From an uncultured Dehalococcoidaceae bacterium (GTDB lineage Bacteria > Chloroflexota > Dehalococcoidia > Dehalococcoidales > RBG-16-60-22), in assembly GCA_964460815.1 (NCBI GenBank), contig CAYWRT010000002.1, positions 1-37,728 of the forward strand: DNA of 37,728 bases. Reading direction: 5' to 3'. Shown here piece after piece: positions 7,837 through 15,948 of the stretch (within the stretch, counting starts at the first letter, position 1; each line of letters opens with the position of its first letter). The notes beneath the pieces were generated by a model. The model did not search any database, had not been told where the DNA came from, and saw only the letters and a program-made list of their open reading frames with translations. The translations under genes were made by a program, and so were the position numbers.

Positions 7837-8952
7837 TTATTTCAGGTATTTCTCCCTTAACTTCTTGTATCTCTCCATGATTTCCTCGGGATTCTCAACA
7901 CCCGCGGCTTTGCAATCGTCCATCCACTTCTTAACTCCCAGCGTAGCGGCTTCTTCCCATACCGCTATCTCCTCCGGAGTGGGTTCTATGAGTTTCCTGC
8001 CCGCATCTATAGCCTTTTGCTTCCCTGAATTCAGGCTCTCTAGATAGCCGTCTGAGGAATATTTGCTGGCCTCACGGAACGATTCATCAAATATCTTCTG
8101 GTCTTCGGGTGACATGGCATTCCATGTCTCCAGATTCATCATAAGCCACAGAACTCCCTGCTCAAACGGATAGAGGTAGTAGTACTTACAGAGCTCTTGA
8201 AGGTCGTAATCGTTGGACATGCCCCAGGCCAGAAAGGCTCCATCTATAACCCCTTTGTCCAGGTTCATGTACGTTTCCGGGGGCATTACCATTACAACGG
8301 CACCACCATTAGCCGTTACTACCTCCCTTATGTTGCCGCCGCCACCGATTGCCAAACCTTTAAAGTCTTCTGGCTTGCGTATTTCCTTGTCCTTGGTCAC
8401 CATATAGCTCGGGTCCAGTACAAAAGGCCAGACCATTTTGAAGTCCTTGAGCTCGTTTTTTACTTCCGGGAACGTATTATAGAATTCCCACCAGTTGTCC
8501 CACATTCTCTGATGATTCTCCCAGCTTTCACCGGGTAACGCCAGCGCGGGGAGCCCCGTAATCATGCTTACCGGGACGGCGGTCTGAGCCAAAGTTGGAA
8601 CTACCATAGAAAGTTGAGCTACACCCGCTTTTAATGAGTCCCAGGCGGCTGGTAATGGTACCAGAGTGTTGCTGGGATATATTTCTACCTTATAACGGCC
8701 TTCCGTCCGCTTCACAAACTCAGGCCCCCACCACTCAATGCCTGCCGAGTAGGTCTTTCCTGGTGGCGTCGTATAAGACACTTTCAGGGTCACGGGTTCT
8801 GGCGTTGGCGTCGGCGTTGGCGTCGGAGTCGGTGTTGGTGTCGGAGTTGGAGTTGGAGTTGGAGTTGGCTCTGGCTCGGCACAGGCAGGCAGTAGAAGCG
8901 CCACCAGCAGGACCAGGGTAATTGCTGAAATCAACCAGTATCTGCTCTTCAT
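7837..8952 (-). CDS. TRAP-type (DctP-like) solute-binding lipoprotein, orphan (no adjacent permease)
   Basis: 371 aa. Signal peptide with lipobox LLPAC (Cys24), then EPEP(TP)11EP linker. The mature domain resembles the DctP at 31238..32323 (RYKVEIYPSNTL...LKAGVAQLSMV versus AYKLEIYPGEQL...VRSGVVEMANM). Confidence 0.75.
   Translation of the reverse strand: MKSRYWLISAITLVLLVALLLPACAEPEPTPTPTPTPTPTPTPTPTPTPTPEPVTLKVSYTTPPGKTYSAGIEWWGPEFVKRTEGRYKVEIYPSNTLVPLPAAWDSLKAGVAQLSMVVPTLAQTAVPVSMITGLPALALPGESWENHQRMWDNWWEFYNTFPEVKNELKDFKMVWPFVLDPSYMVTKDKEIRKPEDFKGLAIGGGGNIREVVTANGGAVVMVMPPETYMNLDKGVIDGAFLAWGMSNDYDLQELCKYYYLYPFEQGVLWLMMNLETWNAMSPEDQKIFDESFREASKYSSDGYLESLNSGKQKAIDAGRKLIEPTPEEIAVWEEAATLGVKKWMDDCKAAGVENPEEIMERYKKLREKYLK
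8794..8877 (-). repeat. Hexanucleotide tandem repeat encoding the EPEP(TP)11EP linker
   Basis: ACN-CCN repeated 11 times in frame within the binding-protein gene. It produces the spurious shadow ORF 8634..8921 (+). Confidence 0.9.
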
Positions 8953-9077
8953 TTCACCCCCTTATTATTAAAATCAAACCCAAATAGCTGTTAACTCGGG
9001 CTTTTCATTCACATCTTAGCACCTCCTTATTCCCGGACTTAGTAATAAATGGATTATCGGGGATAGCGATTTAATTT

Positions 9078-9106
9078 AAAATAGAACATTTTCCTATCTT
9101 TGTCAA
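9078..9106 (-). promoter_or_regulatory. Candidate promoter for the orphan binding-protein gene
   Basis: On the minus strand: TTGACA (9106-9101), 17 nt, then TATTTT (9083-9078), in an AT-rich spacer. Confidence 0.35.
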
Positions 9107-9168
9107 TAGCTATGTTTTAATTAGCACTGCTCATAATCAAAAATGCCTCCACTCCCCAGACAGTTTCC

Positions 9169-10581
9169 TTACGGGGTAAGCTGCTTCATGAGTTCCGGGA
9201 TATTCGTCAGTTTCTCCAGATGCAACAGGGAGTTTACCGCGCTATTAATTTTTGGCGGAGTTAGTATTCTGGACGCATTGTGTCGGAATTTATCCACGAG
9301 TTCCTGGCGGGTCATGGCGAACTCGGTACCGGGAGTGCCCCGGACTTTGGTTCTTTCTTCGGTGAATGTCTTTCCCCTGGCGACAACCTCAACCTTATGG
9401 AGAGAGATGGTCGGGTCTTTGAGAAATTGCTTCCCGTGTTCGGGATGAGCCACGCAGGTGACTTTCTTCATGAATTCGAGTATCTTCGGATTTTTCATCG
9501 TCTCTGTGTCCTGCCACTCCACGCCTGCCTTTACCCTGTGAGCGACGACAGATAGAACATATTTGGCATTAAACTGGGCGTCAACGATGTTCTCTATGGC
9601 CGGGTTGGTAAAGCAGGGCTGCTCAACAGTGGGGTGACAGTAAGCCCTGATGCTTTCTATCTCCCCGGGCATAAGATTGTTGCCGTCAATAATGCTGTAG
9701 AGGCAGTCTATAGCGCCGTGGAGCATCCGGCAGCAGGGGTACGGTTTATACACGACACCGGTAAAAATCCATTTCTTACCGATATCGGTCAGTATGTTTT
9801 CGGGATTCCAGTAGTCGTAGCCGCAGAACTTCCAGAACCCGTTTTCTGAATCAAGTACGGTAGTATCTCCCGCATATCCCATGCCGGCAAGCAGCACCGC
9901 ATTGACGGCTCCCGTGTTCTGCCATCCCGGTACGCCGTATTTGGTCATAGGCCGCTGGTCGCCGAATGTATATCTCACATGAGTCAGTACCTGAGTCAGG
10001 TGACCGGCTATGCCCAGGGCGTGCATTATTTTATCACGGTCAAGCTTGAGGAGCCGGCCGGCTCCGGCAGCGGAACCAAAATTGGTATAAGCATGTCCCT
10101 CGCGGTCTCCCCAGTCAAACTTTTCGCCGTCAGGTCCGGAAAAGCCGCCACCCGGTTTTCTCAGGGCACCATCGAACCTGGCCGCAATTTCGAAGCCGAG
10201 TGCCATGGCCAGAATCAGGTCCTTACCTGAGGCACCGATGCTCTCGGCAATGGCCAGCGGCGGCGGGATGATATATGGCGGCGAGTGCCGGCCCGGCGGC
10301 AGAGCATCGTAATCCGTAGTGTTGATTAACTCGCCGTTGACGTAGGCAGCCGTAGAACAGGAGACCTTGTCACCGGTGCCTATTATTGATGACTCCGGCG
10401 TCCCGCCCAGTCTTCTGGCGAGCGCTATGGACATCTTGCCTCTGTCCGTTGTGATTGAGGCAAGGGCGCATCCCAGCGAGTCCAGAAGAAGATACCTGGT
10501 CTCGTCCACTACGGCTGCCGGTAAGTACTCGTATCTGGTGTCAACCGCAAAATCAGCTAACTCCTGAGAAATGTTGCTCAT
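9169..10581 (-). CDS. MmgE/PrpD-family protein (2-methylcitrate dehydratase superfamily), copy 1
   Basis: 470 aa. Typical N-terminus (LADFAVDTRYEYLPAAVVDETRYLLLDSLGCALA) and overall length. The stop lies 20 nt downstream of AOR-2. Confidence 0.8.
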   Translation of the reverse strand: MSNISQELADFAVDTRYEYLPAAVVDETRYLLLDSLGCALASITTDRGKMSIALARRLGGTPESSIIGTGDKVSCSTAAYVNGELINTTDYDALPPGRHSPPYIIPPPLAIAESIGASGKDLILAMALGFEIAARFDGALRKPGGGFSGPDGEKFDWGDREGHAYTNFGSAAGAGRLLKLDRDKIMHALGIAGHLTQVLTHVRYTFGDQRPMTKYGVPGWQNTGAVNAVLLAGMGYAGDTTVLDSENGFWKFCGYDYWNPENILTDIGKKWIFTGVVYKPYPCCRMLHGAIDCLYSIIDGNNLMPGEIESIRAYCHPTVEQPCFTNPAIENIVDAQFNAKYVLSVVAHRVKAGVEWQDTETMKNPKILEFMKKVTCVAHPEHGKQFLKDPTISLHKVEVVARGKTFTEERTKVRGTPGTEFAMTRQELVDKFRHNASRILTPPKINSAVNSLLHLEKLTNIPELMKQLTP

Positions 10582-10601
10582 TATCTACCACTTCTCACGG
10601 A

Positions 10602-12458
10602 TTACTCAATGTAAAGCTCCTCCACCTTTTCTGGCAGCGGTACTCCTTTTTCGTCCCATCCCATCAACCTGTAGTAGTAGCTCTTAGCCTTCTCCATATC
10701 CGCCCGGTCAAACGGTGGCTTTGCGGCCAGAACGCCATCGGTCTTGGGCTGGAAAAAGCGCTCCGGGAGCACATCATCAGCCGCGGAAAACCCTTCCTTG
10801 ATATTGAATAATCTGGCTACAGTCAGGACCCTCTCGGCTACCCTTATCAGCTCAACGGCGCCCGTTTCCCACCCGGTAACCGCTTTTATCAGCTCAGCCT
10901 GCCTGTCCAGACTGTATTCTAGGAACAGACATACCGCCGAGCAGTCATCAAAAATCTTCTTGAGCTGTGCCAGCCTGAGGATGGCTACCTTACGCGGGCT
11001 AATTTCATTAGAAGGCAAAGTCTCGGTAATTCCCAGGTGGTGCAGCTCTTTAATCAGTGGCCAGGCCATGAACCTCAGGTCAAACAGGTTGGGGCAGTGG
11101 TCGGCGCCATTGGGATTGACCATGTAACCGAGACCCAGGCCGGCAGACACCCTCGGGTCGTGCATGCCGTTTTCCAGACCTTTGACGTGCATGGCAAAGT
11201 CCGCTGAGCCCCTGCCTATTTTCTCGGCCATGCGGGCGGTTCCCTCCGCCAGCAGGTCGCCGATACCCTCACGTCTGGCAATCAAATCAATAACTTTAAG
11301 CAGGGCTTCGTCATTGCCGAATCTGAGGTCGATGCCGCCGGTGTCTCCGGTGGTCAGAAGCCCTTTCTCAAAGCACTCCATAGCGAAAGCAACGGTACTG
11401 CCGGCTGAGATGGTATCCAGTGAATAGGCACCGCACCGCTCGTTGGCCTTAACGACGGCTTTAACGTTACCCACCCCGCAATCGGACCCCAGTGCCGCGA
11501 TGGATTCGTATTCCGGGCCACCATAAACGGCATCCACTCGGTAGGGTTCCTCAAATTGAACCATTTTCTTGCAGCGCACCGGGCAGGCATAGCAGCCCTC
11601 CATGCCGACCGTGATAGTGTCTTTCATCACTCCGCTGTGTATCTGCTCCACTTCCGGGAACAGGCCGTCGCGGAAGTTGCGTACCGGCAGGTTCCCTTCA
11701 GTTACCAGGTCTATCATATCGGGGCCGCCCGTGCCCAGTTCCGAAAGCCAGTGCCCCTTTGTTTCGCCCAGTACCTGCTGCCTTATTGCCTTCACACGCT
11801 CGCTATCAATAACTCTGGGCAGATTGTGCCCTCTGACGGCGATGGCCTTGAGGTTTTTCGAACCCATTACCGCCCCAACCCCCCCACGGGCGGCGGCGTC
11901 ATGGAGGCCGTGCATAATGCAGGCATAACGTACCTTATTCTCTCCCCCGGGTCCGATTAGGGCTGTTTGTACACGGTCGTCGCTTAGCTCGGTTCTAATG
12001 GCTTCCTGTGTTTCCTTGGTCTCCTTCCCCCAGAGGTGGGCAGCATCCCTGATACTCGCTTCCCCGTCCTGAATCCACAGGTAGACCGGTTTCTCAGCCC
12101 TGCCCTCGACGATAATGGCGTCATAACCGGCACGTTTGAGCTCGGCTGACCAGAAACCGCCGGACTCGGCTTTAGCGATAGTACCGGTCAGGGGAGACTT
12201 GGCGCCCACGCAGTGACGGGCGGCCCCCGGCAGCTGCAGCCCTGATAACGGTCCCAGAGCGAAGACGAGCTTATTATCGGGTGATAAAGCATCAATCCCC
12301 GGCTTCAGCTCCTTCCACAGGTAATAGGTAATGAATCCGGCTCCGCCGATATAGCGCCGGCAGACAATTTCATCAATGGTCTCTGCCTTGGCAGTTTTGC
12401 CGGAGAGGTTGACTCTCAGGATTTTACCGTTATAACCACCGGGTAACTCTCTGGACAT
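10602..12458 (-). CDS. aor: Aldehyde:ferredoxin oxidoreductase family enzyme (AOR-2, canonical motifs)
   Basis: 618 aa. GKILRVNLSGK...GGAGFITYYL. SPLTGTIAKAESGG. ARGGVGAVMGSKNLKAIAVRG. FeS motif CYACPVRC. Catalytic-Glu motif GGPEYES. GADHCPN. C-terminus YYRLMGWDEKGVPLPEKVEELYIE. Confidence 0.9.
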   Translation of the reverse strand: MSRELPGGYNGKILRVNLSGKTAKAETIDEIVCRRYIGGAGFITYYLWKELKPGIDALSPDNKLVFALGPLSGLQLPGAARHCVGAKSPLTGTIAKAESGGFWSAELKRAGYDAIIVEGRAEKPVYLWIQDGEASIRDAAHLWGKETKETQEAIRTELSDDRVQTALIGPGGENKVRYACIMHGLHDAAARGGVGAVMGSKNLKAIAVRGHNLPRVIDSERVKAIRQQVLGETKGHWLSELGTGGPDMIDLVTEGNLPVRNFRDGLFPEVEQIHSGVMKDTITVGMEGCYACPVRCKKMVQFEEPYRVDAVYGGPEYESIAALGSDCGVGNVKAVVKANERCGAYSLDTISAGSTVAFAMECFEKGLLTTGDTGGIDLRFGNDEALLKVIDLIARREGIGDLLAEGTARMAEKIGRGSADFAMHVKGLENGMHDPRVSAGLGLGYMVNPNGADHCPNLFDLRFMAWPLIKELHHLGITETLPSNEISPRKVAILRLAQLKKIFDDCSAVCLFLEYSLDRQAELIKAVTGWETGAVELIRVAERVLTVARLFNIKEGFSAADDVLPERFFQPKTDGVLAAKPPFDRADMEKAKSYYYRLMGWDEKGVPLPEKVEELYIE

Positions 12459-12547
12459 GGCTCTACCTTACCTCCCTTATAGTGTTCGGGTAGTTCAATA
12501 ATATAGCACCTTCATACCTCTTCTGTTGCCGCCCCTGTTTATTAAGG

Positions 12548-12958
12548 CTATTTGTATATGTGCGCTTTTTCGTATTTGGACGCAAGGGTAGCGTGAATCA
12601 GCAGCATGGGTTTATCAACTCTCTTAAATTCCAGGGGACAGTGAATCATCCCTTTCGGCATGTAGACGCTCGTGGGCTTGGTGATAACGTATTTTTCCTT
12701 TTCTTCTCCCAGGTACAGCTCGACTTCACCTCCCAGGTCCTCAAGACCATTAGGGTTTAGTCCCATCAGGGTGATATACATGTCGAATTCATGTGAATGC
12801 GGGTATTCCTCCATAAGCACGGGTTTGGTAACGGGCAGGCAGATGAGCGAAAAATTAGAGTCAAAGACTTTTTCACCGGCGTAATCTATACTTGGGCCAA
12901 AGGCTCCATGGTTGATGGGATGTTCGTACACATATTTCCCGTATTTTTTCTCAGCCAT
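12548..12958 (-). CDS. Small cupin-fold metalloprotein (about 136 aa)
   Basis: The track ORF starts at 12988. I prefer the ATG at 12958 (MAEKKYGKY...), which has GGAGG about 8 nt upstream and lies downstream of the predicted promoter. Cupin motif 1 is PHSHEFDMYITLMG and motif 2 is VYMPKGMIHCP. Confidence 0.65.
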   Translation of the reverse strand: MAEKKYGKYVYEHPINHGAFGPSIDYAGEKVFDSNFSLICLPVTKPVLMEEYPHSHEFDMYITLMGLNPNGLEDLGGEVELYLGEEKEKYVITKPTSVYMPKGMIHCPLEFKRVDKPMLLIHATLASKYEKAHIYK

Positions 12959-12996
12959 TTTTCTATCCTCCTTCTTACCAGACAGCATTTAGATAT

Positions 12997-13025
12997 ACAA
13001 TAGGCTAATTCCTCTCGTAAGTCAA
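12997..13025 (-). promoter_or_regulatory. Candidate promoter for the cupin-AOR-2-PrpD module
   Basis: On the minus strand: TTGACT (13025-13020), 17 nt, then TATTGT (13002-12997). Confidence 0.35.
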
Positions 13026-13178
13026 TTTAAAGTGATTGTTTTGTTTGCATTTGGTTGTTAGCTTTGCCTCACCTCCAGCCCCTCACATTGATATCTTTTC
13101 CCACCCACCGCCCTCGCAGCATCTAAGACTTATCCCGTAAGTATATACCCCCCACCCCCCAGTGGGGAGCAACCAGCG

Positions 13179-13200
13179 GAGAGGGGCACATGCCCCTCTC
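13179..13200. repeat. Perfect 9-bp palindromic hairpin GAGAGGGGC-ACAT-GCCCCTCTC
   Basis: Read directly from the sequence. It shares the GAGAGGGG/CCCCTCTC core with the neighbouring long hairpin. Confidence 0.8.
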
Positions 13201-13209
13201 ACAAAATTT

Positions 13210-13269
13210 CCCCCTCTCCAAACATAATTATTTGCGGGGCTTGTGCCATCTTGCTGTTTGGAGAGGGGG
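13210..13269. repeat. Long inverted repeat (15-bp perfect stem, 30-nt loop) in the 380-bp spacer
   Basis: CCCCCTCTCCAAACA (13210-13224) pairs with TGTTTGGAGAGGGGG (13255-13269). On the minus-strand RNA the stem is followed by AAAUUUUG, so it may be a terminator for the upstream operon. A related GGGGGAGAGG copy lies at 13275-13284. Confidence 0.75.
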
Positions 13270-13408
13270 ATTAAGGGGGAGAGGTTAGATAGTGTGAAGC
13301 CAAAGATAATACAGAAACACCCAAAACCGAACAGAACCAAAATGAGGTTGTCCTTTACTTTGTAAGCTCACCTTTATCAGAAACTGGCCAGCTTGCCCTG
13401 ACACTTTT

Positions 13409-14446
13409 TTATTGGTTAGATGCTCGGTTATACAGGCTTCTGATGACCTGCTCGGCTTCGGCGACAGTCCGCTCTATAAGTTCGCGGCAGGTAGGAATAT
13501 CCTCAATTAAACCGACTACCTGTCCGGCCGGAGCGAAGGCTTTGGTAATATCGCCAGTTTCGAGCGCCTTGCGGAACATTGCCTGTCCAATGGCAAATTG
13601 AGGGAGTGAACCACGCATTTGCCTGACGTATTTGGCATTCTCCATTATCTCTTTCCAGCTGGCATTAAACTCCCTTTTGGTGGCTAGTATGCTGGGTATA
13701 ACGTCCCAGGGGTGTGTCCACCAGCCACGGTAGCGCCGCATCTTGCTGATAGCTCTCATGGGCATGCCGTCCCAGACAGCACTGAGGAGAGCGTCGGTAT
13801 CTCTGGCTTCAATATATTTTGATTTCAGGTCTTCAGGCATCGGGCTTTCCTGTGTAATAGCGAACCTTGTGCCCATGGCAATGCCCTCGGCACCCAGGGC
13901 TAAAGCGGCCGCCAGACCTTTGCCGTCACAGAAGCCGCCAGCCACGACTACAGGAATCCTGACAGCCCTGGCTACTTCGGGAATCAAAACTGAAGACGCT
14001 ATCAGGCTGGAATGCCCCCCGGATTCCCAGCTCTGTACTATTACGGCATCGGCACCATGCCTCTCGACACTCAATGCCTGCCTGACGCTGCCCACCGCCG
14101 GTATGAAAAGTACATTATCAGGTTTCTTGATATTGAAAAAAGTGAGGGGATTCCTGAAGCCAGAAGTCCACACCGGCACCTCTTCCTCAATCAGCACCTG
14201 GATAAGTTCCCTGACTTTGGGCATAATAGGCATGATATTAACGCCAAAGGGCTTACCATTGGTACGCTCTTTTATCTCGCGGATTTGCTGCCGTACCTGC
14301 TCCGGGGTTAATCCCGGGGGGGCGAAAAGTCCCAGTCCTCCGGCGTTACCGGTGGCTATAACCAGAGGCGCACGAGCCACCGATGCCATCGGCGACAGGA
14401 TGATAGGGTGTTGAATTTTAAACAATTCGGTTATTCTTGTTTTCAT
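13409..14446 (-). CDS. Nitronate monooxygenase / FabK-like FMN oxidoreductase (NMO family)
   Basis: 345 aa. IQHPIILSPMASV...GNAGGLGLFA. ESGGH. VVAGGFCDGKGLAAALALGAEGIAMGTRF. Confidence 0.85.
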   Translation of the reverse strand: MKTRITELFKIQHPIILSPMASVARAPLVIATGNAGGLGLFAPPGLTPEQVRQQIREIKERTNGKPFGVNIMPIMPKVRELIQVLIEEEVPVWTSGFRNPLTFFNIKKPDNVLFIPAVGSVRQALSVERHGADAVIVQSWESGGHSSLIASSVLIPEVARAVRIPVVVAGGFCDGKGLAAALALGAEGIAMGTRFAITQESPMPEDLKSKYIEARDTDALLSAVWDGMPMRAISKMRRYRGWWTHPWDVIPSILATKREFNASWKEIMENAKYVRQMRGSLPQFAIGQAMFRKALETGDITKAFAPAGQVVGLIEDIPTCRELIERTVAEAEQVIRSLYNRASNQ

Positions 14447-14475
14447 AAAGACCCTTTTTAAAGCAATTATACTTC

Positions 14476-15933
14476 TTATTTTTTGCCGGCTGAGGCATAT
14501 CTGGCGGCATTTTCGCCGGCAATGCGCCCCGAGTTGATGGCAAAGCCGAACGTACTTCCCGAAAGATTGATATTATAGGTATCCGGTACCCAGCCCCCGG
14601 TATCATTGCCGCCGGAAAAAAGCCCGGGGATAGGGTTATCTTCTTTATCAATTACCTCCATGCGCTCGTTTATCTTGAGGCCGCCCACCGTGGTCAGCAT
14701 ACCGGGGGTGCTTCTCAGGGCATAATAGGGTGGAGTAAGCAGGGGCTTGAGGTATACGCGGTCTTTGCCGAAGATGGGGTCATAACCATGCTCACAAATT
14801 TCATTGTACTCTTCCACGGTAGCCTTTAACACCCTGGGGTCAGCTCCCATCCATCGGGCAATCTCATCCCAGGAATCGGCTATCTTTACCGTTCCTAACC
14901 CGGCTTCCATTTCCAGTTCTTTCAGCCATTGGCTCGATTTGACCTTGCGTGCCCGGTATAGTGAGCCCATACCACGGGTAAATCCGTGGTCGACCAGAAA
15001 CTGCTTTATTCCAGAGTCCAGAAGAACAAAGGCCAGCAGCTCCGGCTGCCGCATCTGGGCGTTTACGGCCTCGAAGGATTTTATGCCGGTGCCTTCGTCC
15101 GTGAACCGCTGCCCCTTCTTGTTTACCCAGACCGTGAGAGGCTCCATGGCCATGCCGGATAAGACGCGGGAGCTGGGAAAGCCCGGCCCGGTCAGGTGTA
15201 GTATCCCCAGTCCATCGGTATCAGCGCCTATTTCCGTGGCCATTACTATGCCGTCTCCCGTATGAGGTAACCCAATGAGGTATATATTATCTCCGTATAA
15301 TTGGCCGTATTTCTTTAATAATTCCTTGTTTCCGGCAAAGCCGCCGGTGGCGATAATAACACTTTTCGCCGTAACTCCAAGCTGTTTCCTTTTATATTCA
15401 GCCAGGACTCCGCTTGTATTTCCCTTCTCATCGAGCCGGATTTTCATGGCTCGGGCCGGAGAGACTAGCTGGACGCCGAGCGCTTTACAGCGCCTGACCA
15501 GCACGTTGATAATTGCCCGGCCCCCTGCCTTGGGGCAGTGCCAGGTAATCATGGTCTGCCCGGGATAGTAGGGGGGCAGGTCATAGATTATCAGACCCAT
15601 GTCCTCCAGCCATTTCACGGTATCCCCCGATTTGTTTAAAAAGGCGCGAATGATTCTGGGATTAATCTTGTTATGGGAGTAGCTCATGGCCTCTTTGAAA
15701 CATATGTCCGTACTTACCTGTATTCTCCTCTGCCTCTGGAGGTGACTGCCCGCCGCAAAAATACCTCCGGCCAGCGCCGAGTTGCCACCAAAAGAACGGC
15801 GCTTTTCCAGTACGGTAACCTTGGCTCCCATTTCGGCGGCGGCCGCGGCCGCCGCCAGACCCGCCCCGCCTCCACCAACGATGGCAACTTCGGTTTCCAG
15901 GTTTTCCGTATTCAAATTATTGCTGGGACTCAT
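14476..15933 (-). CDS. FAD-dependent oxidoreductase, FAD_binding_2 type (KstD/TcuA/soluble fumarate-reductase-like), copy 1
   Basis: 485 aa with no signal peptide. Dinucleotide fold VAIVGGGGAGLAAAAAAAEMGAKVTVLEKR. C-terminal IPGLFSGGNDTGGWVPDTYNINLSGSTFGFAINSGRIAGENAA. Clear paralog of 34374..35831. Confidence 0.8.
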   Translation of the reverse strand: MSPSNNLNTENLETEVAIVGGGGAGLAAAAAAAEMGAKVTVLEKRRSFGGNSALAGGIFAAGSHLQRQRRIQVSTDICFKEAMSYSHNKINPRIIRAFLNKSGDTVKWLEDMGLIIYDLPPYYPGQTMITWHCPKAGGRAIINVLVRRCKALGVQLVSPARAMKIRLDEKGNTSGVLAEYKRKQLGVTAKSVIIATGGFAGNKELLKKYGQLYGDNIYLIGLPHTGDGIVMATEIGADTDGLGILHLTGPGFPSSRVLSGMAMEPLTVWVNKKGQRFTDEGTGIKSFEAVNAQMRQPELLAFVLLDSGIKQFLVDHGFTRGMGSLYRARKVKSSQWLKELEMEAGLGTVKIADSWDEIARWMGADPRVLKATVEEYNEICEHGYDPIFGKDRVYLKPLLTPPYYALRSTPGMLTTVGGLKINERMEVIDKEDNPIPGLFSGGNDTGGWVPDTYNINLSGSTFGFAINSGRIAGENAARYASAGKK

Positions 15934-15948
15934 GATATCTAACCTCCC

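Noticed and set aside
8794-8877. Short tandem repeats that might be mistaken for a CRISPR array or microsatellite locus
   Set aside because: The period is 6 nt with no spacers. The repeat is in frame and encodes a Thr-Pro linker, so this is not a CRISPR architecture.
8634-8921. 95-aa plus-strand ORF ending in ELELELELALA
   Set aside because: It is the antisense shadow of the (TP)11 linker repeat in the orphan binding-protein gene.
13083-13340. 85-aa ORF in the long spacer (MVLFGFGCFCIIFGF...)
   Set aside because: It has no Shine-Dalgarno. Its composition is driven by the G/C-tract palindromes, it overlaps the inverted repeats, and it contains no recognisable domain. I treated the region as non-coding structure instead.
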